Notes under the pieces: generated by a model
What the model was told of the DNA's origin: nothing
Database searches by the model: none
Seen by the model: the letters and a program-made list of their open reading frames with translations, nothing else
In this document: piece by piece, positions 23,916 through 31,418 of the stretch
Layout of the letters: each line of letters starts with the position of its first letter
Numbering within the stretch: the stretch's first letter is position 1
From: Candidatus Omnitrophota bacterium
GTDB lineage: Bacteria > Omnitrophota > Gorgyraeia > Gygaellales > Profunditerraquicolaceae
Direction of reading: 5' to 3'
Length of the DNA stretch: 64,000 bases
Assembly: GCA_028717885.1 (NCBI GenBank)
Contig: JAQUMX010000005.1
Span: forward strand, 4,838 to 68,837
Made by a program: the position numbers and the translations under genes

Positions 23916-25169
23916 ATGCAAAAGACATTGAAAATCAATAATCCTGGGCAGGGTTTTTATGGTTTGGGTATTGCTCCGAAGATCCTGGAAATCCTGGAAC
24001 AAATAAAATTTAAAGTTCCTACCCCTATTCAGTTCAAGGCGATCCCCATGGCCATAGAGGGCAAGGATGTTATTGGCATTGCCCAAACCGGCACCGGAAA
24101 AACGCACGCCTTCGCTATTCCAATGTGCCAGCATCTGGCACAAAAGAAAGGGGTAGGGTTGGTGCTTGCTCCTACCCGCGAATTAGCTATTCAGATTGAC
24201 GAGGCTTTTCAGCCCCTCACGCGTTCTTTTGGCATGAAAACCGCCTGTTTGATCGGCGGCGCTCCTATGCCCGGCCAGGTCCAGGCTTTGCGCAAAAATC
24301 CCAGCGTAGTTATTGCTACTCCGGGAAGGCTTATTGACCATATGAGCCAATGGAATTTTTTACCGGATGAGGTAACTATGCTTGTGCTTGACGAGGCTGA
24401 CCGTATGCTGGATATGGGTTTCGGCCCGCAGATAAATAAAATTTTGCGCGTATTGCCCAGAAACAGGCAAACCATGCTTTTTTCCGCGACCATGCCAAAA
24501 GACATTATGCAGATTGCCGCTTCCCATATGAAACTTCCGGTTTCGGTAGAGATAGCGCCTTCAGGGACAACTGCCGAGCGGGTAACTCAGGAATTGTTCA
24601 TTGTGAAAAAAGAAGACAAGCGCAGGCTTCTAAGCAAGATACTTACTCAATACCATGGTTCGGTGCTTTTGTTTTCCCGTACCAAGCATAACGCGCGTAA
24701 AATTACCGTTTCAATCCGTGATATGGGTTATAGTGCCGCAGAGATACACTCTAACCGCTCGCTGGCACAGCGCCGCGAAGCTTTGGATGGGTTTAAATCA
24801 GGCAAATACAGGGTATTGGTAGCTACAGATATAGCGGCGCGCGGTATTGACGTAAGCGGCATAGAGCTGGTACTTAATTACGACCTTCCCGAAGATGCCG
24901 AGAATTACGTGCATCGTATCGGCCGCACGGCAAGAGCAGGCAGCCAGGGGCATGCTATTTCTTTTGCTACTCCTGACCAGAGAGGTGATGTAAAAGATAT
25001 TGAAAAGTTAATCAGGGTAAGCCTGCCGGTGTCAGTGCATCCGGAAATGAAACCGGAAAAATTTTCTGAAGGGTTTGAGGTTAAACAACGGCCATTTAAA
25101 AAGCATCATCAGCAACCGCGGAATAAATTCAGCCGGTTTCGAAAGAAAAGGGAAATCCCTTTTAGGTAA
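23916..25169 (+). CDS. DEAD-box ATP-dependent RNA helicase (RhlE-like)
   Basis: Q-motif PTPIQ, AQTGTGKT, PTRELA, DEAD, SAT, HRIGRTARAG, and a basic C-terminal tail. Confidence 0.93.
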   Translation: MQKTLKINNPGQGFYGLGIAPKILEILEQIKFKVPTPIQFKAIPMAIEGKDVIGIAQTGTGKTHAFAIPMCQHLAQKKGVGLVLAPTRELAIQIDEAFQPLTRSFGMKTACLIGGAPMPGQVQALRKNPSVVIATPGRLIDHMSQWNFLPDEVTMLVLDEADRMLDMGFGPQINKILRVLPRNRQTMLFSATMPKDIMQIAASHMKLPVSVEIAPSGTTAERVTQELFIVKKEDKRRLLSKILTQYHGSVLLFSRTKHNARKITVSIRDMGYSAAEIHSNRSLAQRREALDGFKSGKYRVLVATDIAARGIDVSGIELVLNYDLPEDAENYVHRIGRTARAGSQGHAISFATPDQRGDVKDIEKLIRVSLPVSVHPEMKPEKFSEGFEVKQRPFKKHHQQPRNKFSRFRKKREIPFR

Positions 25170-25181
25170 AATTAGCCTAAG

Positions 25182-25418
25182 ATGATGTGGAAAATTAAGT
25201 ACCTGAACACTATCCTTACATTTATTCTCATCCTGCTTATCCTGCTTTGTGTTTTTATGTTACAGATGCGGCAATCGCTATCCGGCCTAAACCAAAGCCT
25301 GGAAACCCTAACTCAAACAAATAACTCGATCATCTCGCTGAACCAGGAGTTAGGCACCACAATTTCCGCCCTGGAAAACCAAATCGAATTATTCAATAAG
25401 AAATTCCTGAAACGATAA
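25182..25418 (+). CDS. hypothetical single-pass membrane / coiled-coil protein
   Basis: 78 aa. One TM segment (ILTFILILLILLCVFML) followed by a Q/N/L-rich helix. Confidence 0.5.
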   Translation: MMWKIKYLNTILTFILILLILLCVFMLQMRQSLSGLNQSLETLTQTNNSIISLNQELGTTISALENQIELFNKKFLKR

Positions 25419-25433
25419 GAATGCATAATTCGC

Positions 25434-25462
25434 TTGACTTGGTAAAATAAATAGCCTAACAT
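25434..25462 (+). promoter_or_regulatory. sigma70-type promoter
   Basis: TTGACT (25434-25439), 17-nt spacer, TAACAT (25457-25462). Confidence 0.45.
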
Positions 25463-25468
25463 ATGTAG

Positions 25469-25560
25469 ACATATTGACAAAGGTTAGCGGCGAGGCAGGC
25501 CATGATTGTTCAGGATTTTGCCAAAAAGCAATTCTCTTAATCCGGGGAATTGCTTTTTTT
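25469..25560 (+). promoter_or_regulatory. candidate leader-peptide attenuator upstream of the MscS-like gene
   Basis: 12-codon ORF MIVQDFAKKQFS (25502-25540), with GAGG 6 nt upstream. It ends inside the terminator AAAGCAATTC (25525-25534) / GAATTGCTTT (25547-25556), which is followed by a T-run. The SD of the MscS-like gene starts at 25578. Confidence 0.4.
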
Positions 25561-25591
25561 ATTTTTAAAGAGTTTTTAAAAGGAGGTGCAT

Positions 25592-26098
25592 ATGCAGAAC
25601 ATCTGGGATAAGGCGATAGGGTATATTATGCAGTACGGCCTTAGTTTTCTCTACGCCATCCTTATTTTTATTATCGGAAAATGGTTAGCGCGATTAGTTT
25701 CCAAGATTTCCGGTTCAGTCATGCATAAAGCGAGATTGAATGAAACCCTTGCCGCTTTTTTGAAAAATATCGTTTATTACGTCCTGCTGATTTTTGTCTG
25801 CATCGCGGCATTGAATAAGGTCGGCATTGAGACAACTTCTTTTGTAGCTTTGATCGGCGCAGCCGGCCTGGCTGTAGGCCTGGCTTTACAAGGTTCATTG
25901 GCAAATTTTGCCGCGGGAGTAATGCTGATCCTTTTTCAGCCTTTTAAGGTGGGGGATGAAGTAGAAGCAGGAGGGGCAAGCGGGCTAGTTAAAGAAATAC
26001 AGATTTTTAGTACGATTATGGAGACGGCGGATAGCAAGACGATTATCGTGCCTAATGCTAAAATCACTGCCGATAAAATCGTCATTCATAAAAAATAA
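25592..26098 (+). CDS. short mechanosensitive-channel (MscS-family) protein, paralogue 1
   Basis: ATG at 25592 follows AAAGGAGG (the track GTG at 25586 overlaps the SD). Pore helix [34 protein letters not shown] and the start of the beta-domain are present. The protein ends at about 168 aa, with no C-terminal alpha/beta domain. Confidence 0.8.
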   Translation: MQNIWDKAIGYIMQYGLSFLYAILIFIIGKWLARLVSKISGSVMHKARLNETLAAFLKNIVYYVLLIFVCIAALNKVGIETTSFVALIGAAGLAVGLALQGSLANFAAGVMLILFQPFKVGDEVEAGGASGLVKEIQIFSTIMETADSKTIIVPNAKITADKIVIHKK

Positions 26099-26115
26099 AC
26101 AAGAAAGGAGGAAAG

Positions 26116-26439
26116 ATGTCTATAGTCAAAGAATTCAAAGAATTTGCTGTAAAAGGCGATGCCGTAGATATGGCAGTGGGCATTGTCATCGGAGCTGCTT
26201 TTGGTAAAATCGTCAGTTCTCTGGTCAACGATGTGATTATGCCTCCCATAGGATTGCTGCTTGGCGGGGTGGATTTTAAAAACCTGGCGATCACTCTTAA
26301 AGCAGCTACCATTGACAAGCCGGCAGTAACCCTTAATTACGGCCAATTCATCAACAACGTGTTTGATTTTTTGATCGTTGCATTCGCGATTTTTATGGTA
26401 ATAAAAGGGATTAATACTTTGAAAAGAAAACAAAGTTAA
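26116..26439 (+). CDS. mscL: large-conductance mechanosensitive channel
   Basis: [54 protein letters not shown] is the canonical MscL N-terminus. Confidence 0.95.
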   Translation: MSIVKEFKEFAVKGDAVDMAVGIVIGAAFGKIVSSLVNDVIMPPIGLLLGGVDFKNLAITLKAATIDKPAVTLNYGQFINNVFDFLIVAFAIFMVIKGINTLKRKQS

Positions 26440-26459
26440 CCTATTAAGAGGAGGTGCCC

Positions 26460-26624
26460 ATGAAGGTTTTAAAAATTATTTTGGCGATTCTTCTTCCTCC
26501 GGTGGCTGCATTTATGCAAGTAGGCTTGACCGCGCATTTTTGGATCAATATAGTTTTGTCGCTTCTCTTTGTCTTCCCTGGGATACTTCATGCGCTCTGG
26601 TTAGTATTGACGGATAAGAAATAA
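26460..26624 (+). CDS. YqaE/Pmp3-family stress proteolipid (54 aa; not in ORF track)
   Basis: GAGGAGGTG SD. MKVLKIILAILLPPVAAFMQVGLTAHFWINIVLSLLFVFPGILHALWLVLTDKK matches the Pmp3 pattern (LPPxAVF...FWINIxLTLLGxxPGxIHAxxV). Confidence 0.8.
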   Translation: MKVLKIILAILLPPVAAFMQVGLTAHFWINIVLSLLFVFPGILHALWLVLTDKK

Positions 26625-26664
26625 AACGGCTTTGAATCGAAGTTATTAAAACGGAGGAAAGAAG

Positions 26665-27006
26665 ATGAAAAAATTATTGTTATTAGGGTTGATTATCTGT
26701 TTTGGGTTTGGCTTAATTTTAGCTGTTGGCTGTGCCAAGAAAGCCGCCACGGTAGACGAGGCAATCCAGAATTCCCAGACGTTAAAAACCGTTCAGGAAA
26801 AAGCAAATTACCTAATACAACAGGCTCAGGCGTTTTATAATTCAAAAGAATTTCAGCAAGCTATTCAGACAGCCCAGTACGTACTGAGTAATTTAGATGC
26901 GAATTCTCAATCCGCCAAGGATCTGATTGAAAAAGCAAAAACTCAGCTGCAGGCAGCTGCCCAGAATGTAGCAGGAGACGTAAGCAACAAACTTTTTGGT
27001 AAGTAA
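26665..27006 (+). CDS. lipoprotein, helical, unknown function
   Basis: Lipobox LAVGC. Q/A-rich helical body. Confidence 0.6.
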   Translation: MKKLLLLGLIICFGFGLILAVGCAKKAATVDEAIQNSQTLKTVQEKANYLIQQAQAFYNSKEFQQAIQTAQYVLSNLDANSQSAKDLIEKAKTQLQAAAQNVAGDVSNKLFGK

Positions 27007-27022
27007 GGACAAGGAGGGGTTT

Positions 27023-27559
27023 ATGGCAGAATTATTGCCGGAAAAATGGATGCGGGGTGTGGCTATTACCACAACATGCTTGGCAGTGATGACTGCTATA
27101 GCGGCCTCGCGCGGGACAGCCTGCGCCGCAAAGACCCAGCTTTTAACTGCGATAGAGTCCAGTAAATGGGCCTATTATCAGGCAAAGAGTATCAAACAAA
27201 ATTTAGCTGAGACGCAAAAGAATGCCTTTGAAGTCGAGTCCTTAAGCGCAGTTATCCCCGAGCAAAAGGCGCTATACGAAGAAAAGCTTAAAACCGCCGT
27301 AGAGGAAATCACCCGTTATGGCAACGAAAAGAACCAGATAAAGAAAGAAGCCGAAGATACCGCGGCATTGAATCAGGCCGTATCGAAAAAAGGCAACTTT
27401 TTTACCGGTTCGGTGGTTTTCTTTCAGATTGCGATTATGCTTTCTTCGGTAAGCGCTCTGCTAAAGAGGAAATTCATGTGGGTTATTGGTTTGGCCTTTG
27501 GCGTTTTTGCCGTGGGGCTGCTTGGCTATGCCTTGGCAATACAGCCGATCCTGTTTTAA
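27023..27559 (+). CDS. DUF4337-family membrane protein
   Basis: ATG at 27023 follows GGAGGGG. Shows the SSKWAYYQAKSIKQNL motif and a C-terminal TM pair, as in DUF4337. Confidence 0.65.
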   Translation: MAELLPEKWMRGVAITTTCLAVMTAIAASRGTACAAKTQLLTAIESSKWAYYQAKSIKQNLAETQKNAFEVESLSAVIPEQKALYEEKLKTAVEEITRYGNEKNQIKKEAEDTAALNQAVSKKGNFFTGSVVFFQIAIMLSSVSALLKRKFMWVIGLAFGVFAVGLLGYALAIQPILF

Positions 27560-27564
27560 CTTGG

Positions 27565-29037
27565 CTACCTGGAGGGGATGACCTGAAAGATCATTCCCTC
27601 TGGGTTATTATACAGTACTTTAAAATTCGCAGGGTCATTCGTTATTTCCCGGTAAAGCGGTTCGCCTATCGCGACAAAACCATATTCTGCCTTAAAAATC
27701 TTATTTATTGCGGTTTTTGGATTACCTACCCGGCCCAGGCTTAAATCATCCAGCAATTGCAGCTCTTTTCTGTGTTGCCAATACATATAAATCGGGTCAA
27801 ATCCGTTAATGTAATAATCCTTTGGATTAAAACAAAGAAAATAATGCGAGGTATCCCACGCGCTATGGTAGATAATTTCTCCCGCGGGGAGGTTTTTATC
27901 CATCCATTGCGCAATATCCTCTAAATATGCACTGCGCTGGCCAAAGCGCTCGATGTGCTGATTTAATACTGCGCGGTTTTGCAGGGAAAAGATCATTGCA
28001 ATTGCGAGAAACGCCGCGGCAGCTATTTTTATTCCTTTCGTAAACTCTAGCTCACCGATAAAGGCCCCCAAAAAAATAAAATAATAGAGGTTCGCTTCAT
28101 ACCAGTAACGGTTGGCGCGTAAGGCGAGAGCCAGATAAAGGATAGCGCAGAAAAACCAGATGCTGGTATCCATTGCGATCCTGCGGCGCTTACGAAATAT
28201 TATCCAGGCAACTAAGAAAAGAGAAAGAAAAATTACCGGGTTATAAAGCAGGGCGTGCTTAATATTTTGCGGCAATAACTCTCCGGCAAATCCGATATCG
28301 TTTCCGCTAAAAGCTAAAAGTGGGGTAGCTATACCGTTAAGGAATATTACCATCAGGTTATTCGGGAAATTAGGATGCAGCAAAATACCTAAGGCGATTC
28401 CTGCGATTATTGAGGCAACGTTTTTGGCGAAGAATTCCTTGTGATATAAATAACGCAAGGCCTCGCTAACTACTACTATAAGCACAAGCAATATAAAGGA
28501 AAGATGAGCCAAGGTATAAAGAAAAGTAAGGATTAATACTAAAACAGGTTTTTTATTGATCAGGAAATAGATAATCAGCATACCTAAAACGGCAGCTAAG
28601 TGTATTGAGCGTAGCTGTAGACAATAAATCGTAAATATAGGAGAGAGTAACGGCAAAACCAGCAGAAGCGCGGTTAATTTAGCAGAGAGGTATTTTTTCA
28701 AAACAAAAATATAGGTGGTAACTAGCAGCAAGTTGAAAAAAATGAGCGCAAGTTTTCCTGCGGCTACGGGATTTTTAAGCAGGACTAAAAAAGGCACAAT
28801 CAGCAGATGAAAGAAAACATCCTTATCTGCGAAGTTGTCTTTAAGAATGGAAAATTGTAACCAGGGGAAGGGATGGCGCAGACCAAAATCCTTGATAAAA
28901 CCGCTAAAAGCGATGTGGTAATAGCTGTCCGCGTCAAAAAATACAGCTTTGCTATAAAGCAGGCTGGCCAGGTATGCTATTACATAAAAGGCAGCGAGAA
29001 GAAGTATTAGTTTGCCGGAAAATTTTTCCTCTTTCAT
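27565..29037 (-). CDS. polytopic membrane protein (>=10 TM) with C-terminal soluble domain; GT-C/ArnT-like glycosyltransferase suspected
   Basis: 490 aa and highly hydrophobic, with an early DADSYYH-type loop. This is the only minus-strand gene in the core region. The functional call is weak. Confidence 0.45.
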   Translation of the reverse strand: MKEEKFSGKLILLLAAFYVIAYLASLLYSKAVFFDADSYYHIAFSGFIKDFGLRHPFPWLQFSILKDNFADKDVFFHLLIVPFLVLLKNPVAAGKLALIFFNLLLVTTYIFVLKKYLSAKLTALLLVLPLLSPIFTIYCLQLRSIHLAAVLGMLIIYFLINKKPVLVLILTFLYTLAHLSFILLVLIVVVSEALRYLYHKEFFAKNVASIIAGIALGILLHPNFPNNLMVIFLNGIATPLLAFSGNDIGFAGELLPQNIKHALLYNPVIFLSLFLVAWIIFRKRRRIAMDTSIWFFCAILYLALALRANRYWYEANLYYFIFLGAFIGELEFTKGIKIAAAAFLAIAMIFSLQNRAVLNQHIERFGQRSAYLEDIAQWMDKNLPAGEIIYHSAWDTSHYFLCFNPKDYYINGFDPIYMYWQHRKELQLLDDLSLGRVGNPKTAINKIFKAEYGFVAIGEPLYREITNDPANFKVLYNNPEGMIFQVIPSR

Positions 29038-29096
29038 TAAAGATGATTATAGCACAATTTATTGATTTTACACACGATAGCAGTATAATAAACGTC

Positions 29097-30860
29097 ATGC
29101 ATGCCTTAACATTATTGGTTATTAGCCTGCTTGTTTTTGCTTTGGCGTACCGTTTTTACGCCAAATTTATGATCACCAAGATCCTTATTCTTGATGATAA
29201 GAGGCCGACACCTGCGCATACCTTTAAAGACGGAAGGGACTATCATCCTACCAACAAGTTTGTGCTTTTTGGCCATCATTTTGCGGCAATTTCCGGAGCC
29301 GGGCCTTTAGTCGGGCCGGTTTTAGCAGCGCAGTTCGGCTTTTTGCCGGGATTTTTGTGGATTTTGATTGGCGCAGTTTTAGGCGGGGCTGTGCATGATA
29401 TGGTAATCCTTTTTGCTTCGGTAAGGACTAAGGGGCTCTCCTTAACCCGGCTGGCAAGAAAAAATATCAGCACCACCGCAGGGCTAATTACCGGTATAGC
29501 AATACTTTTTATCATTGTTACTGCCTTAGCAGGGCTGGCATTAGTGGTGGTTAATGCCTTAAGCGAAAGCTCCTGGGCAACTTTTACTATTGCCATGACA
29601 ATCCCTGCTGCGCTGATAGTTTCCTTATATATGTATAAGCTGCGGCCGGGCAAGATTATCGAAGCCTCGCTAATCGGAGTGGTGATTGTAGTTGCCGGAG
29701 TAATTTTTGGCGAGCCGCTTTCTAAATCAAGTTTCGGCCAATATTTTTTATTTTCTAAGCCTGCGCTTTCGATAATCCTGCCGATTTACGGCTTTATCGC
29801 TTCGATCCTGCCGGTTTGGCTGTTATTATGTCCGCGCGATTACTTAAGTTCTTACATGAAAATCGGTACGATTTTATTCCTGGTAGTTGGAATATTTATC
29901 GTGAATCCGCAAATCAAAATGCCGGCATTTACTTCTTTTATCCACGGCGGCGGGCCGATAATCCCGGGAAAAGTCTGGCCGTTTGTCTGCATTACTATTG
30001 CCTGCGGAGCAATCAGCGGTTTTCACAGCTTAGTAGCTTCGGGAACTACGCCGAAAATGATCAACCGCGAATCGGATATCAGAATGATCGGATTTGGCGC
30101 GATGCTGGTAGAGGCAGTGGTTTCGATCATGGCATTGATTGCCGCAACAGTGCTTTTGCCGGGGGATTATTTTGCGATTAATGTACCGGTTTCCGTATTC
30201 CATTCACTGGGCTTAAATATTACGCAGCTTCCGGAAATTGAGAAGATGACCGGCGAGCTTTTAGCAGGTGGGACCGGAGGCGCAGTTTCATTGGCAGCCG
30301 GGATGTCGGTGATTCTTTCTTCGATTCCCGGTATGAAACATTTAATGGGGTACTGGTATCATTTCGCAATTATGTTTGAGGCGCTTTTTATCCTTACTAC
30401 TGTTGACACCGGCACGCGTGTTGCGCGCTACATCTTCGAAGAATTGATCAAGCTGGCTAATCCTCGCGGCAAAGGGATTAAATCCCTCGCAGGAATCGCC
30501 TTAAGCGGAGCAACCATAAGTTGCCTTTGGGGATACCTGGTTTATAACGGCGATATCTCGACCATCTGGCCGATGTTCGGCGTTGCGAACCAGCTTTTAG
30601 CTACCTTGGCTTTACTTGTCGGCACACTCTATATCTTAAAGCAGACAAAGAAATGGGCATATGCCTTGACCACTTTTCTTCCGGCAATCTTTATGTTCGT
30701 CACTACAATTACCGCCGGTATTTTAAATATCACGGATAATTACCTGCCGAAACACGATTTTCAGGGAAACCTAAATGCTGCTTTGTCGGCAGTAATGATT
30801 GCTTTGGTGGTGGTTATCTTTTTCGAATCGCTAAAAAAAATTTACCATACAGTTTGTTAA
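29097..30860 (+). CDS. cstA: carbon starvation protein A (peptide/pyruvate transporter family)
   Basis: YRFYAKF...PTPAHTFKDGRDYHPTNKFVLFGHHFAAISGAGPLVGPVLAAQFG is the CstA hallmark. The track start at 28974 adds 41 non-homologous residues that overlap the divergent gene. Confidence 0.9.
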   Translation: MHALTLLVISLLVFALAYRFYAKFMITKILILDDKRPTPAHTFKDGRDYHPTNKFVLFGHHFAAISGAGPLVGPVLAAQFGFLPGFLWILIGAVLGGAVHDMVILFASVRTKGLSLTRLARKNISTTAGLITGIAILFIIVTALAGLALVVVNALSESSWATFTIAMTIPAALIVSLYMYKLRPGKIIEASLIGVVIVVAGVIFGEPLSKSSFGQYFLFSKPALSIILPIYGFIASILPVWLLLCPRDYLSSYMKIGTILFLVVGIFIVNPQIKMPAFTSFIHGGGPIIPGKVWPFVCITIACGAISGFHSLVASGTTPKMINRESDIRMIGFGAMLVEAVVSIMALIAATVLLPGDYFAINVPVSVFHSLGLNITQLPEIEKMTGELLAGGTGGAVSLAAGMSVILSSIPGMKHLMGYWYHFAIMFEALFILTTVDTGTRVARYIFEELIKLANPRGKGIKSLAGIALSGATISCLWGYLVYNGDISTIWPMFGVANQLLATLALLVGTLYILKQTKKWAYALTTFLPAIFMFVTTITAGILNITDNYLPKHDFQGNLNAALSAVMIALVVVIFFESLKKIYHTVC

Positions 30861-30899
30861 ACTAAATGGGGTGAAGGTTATTTTATTAAGGAGGTAAAT

Positions 30900-31418
30900 A
30901 TGCAGGTGGATTGGGACAAGATAGCCGGATATGCGGTGCAATTCGGAATGAGCTTTATCGCAGCAGTACTTATTTTTGTCATCGGCAAATGGGTAGCGCG
31001 GATAATTTCCCAGGTGATCGAAAAAGCTATGGAAAAGGGCAAGGTTCATAAGACCCTGGCCTCTTTTACCAAGAATATTGTTTACTATACGATTTTGATT
31101 TTCGTTGCTATCGCCGCACTCAACAAAATCGGGATAGAGACGAATTCTTTCGTAGCGCTTGTGGGCGCTGCGGGCCTGGCAGTAGGTTTTGCCCTGCAGG
31201 GGTCATTGGCAAATTTCGCAGCCGGCGTAATGATTATTTTATTCCAGCCATTTGAAGTGGGCGATACTATCGAAGCTGCGGGAGCTACCGGAAAAGTAGA
31301 AGAGATTCAGATGTTTAATATAGTGCTCAGCGCAGAAGATAAGCGCATCATCATCCCAAATGCCAAGATTACTTCGGATAAAGTCACAATTTCCTTAAAA
31401 AACCGTGCAAAAAAATAA
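30900..31418 (+). CDS. short mechanosensitive-channel (MscS-family) protein, paralogue 2
   Basis: 172 aa, colinear with 25592-26098 ([34 protein letters not shown]; IIIPNAKITSDKV). AAGGAGG SD. Confidence 0.8.
   Translation: MQVDWDKIAGYAVQFGMSFIAAVLIFVIGKWVARIISQVIEKAMEKGKVHKTLASFTKNIVYYTILIFVAIAALNKIGIETNSFVALVGAAGLAVGFALQGSLANFAAGVMIILFQPFEVGDTIEAAGATGKVEEIQMFNIVLSAEDKRIIIPNAKITSDKVTISLKNRAKK

Noticed and set aside
25592-26098. Short MscS genes as truncated pseudogenes
   Set aside because: Two paralogues end at the same position with intact stops and good SDs. No frameshifted continuation encoding the C-terminal domain follows either gene.
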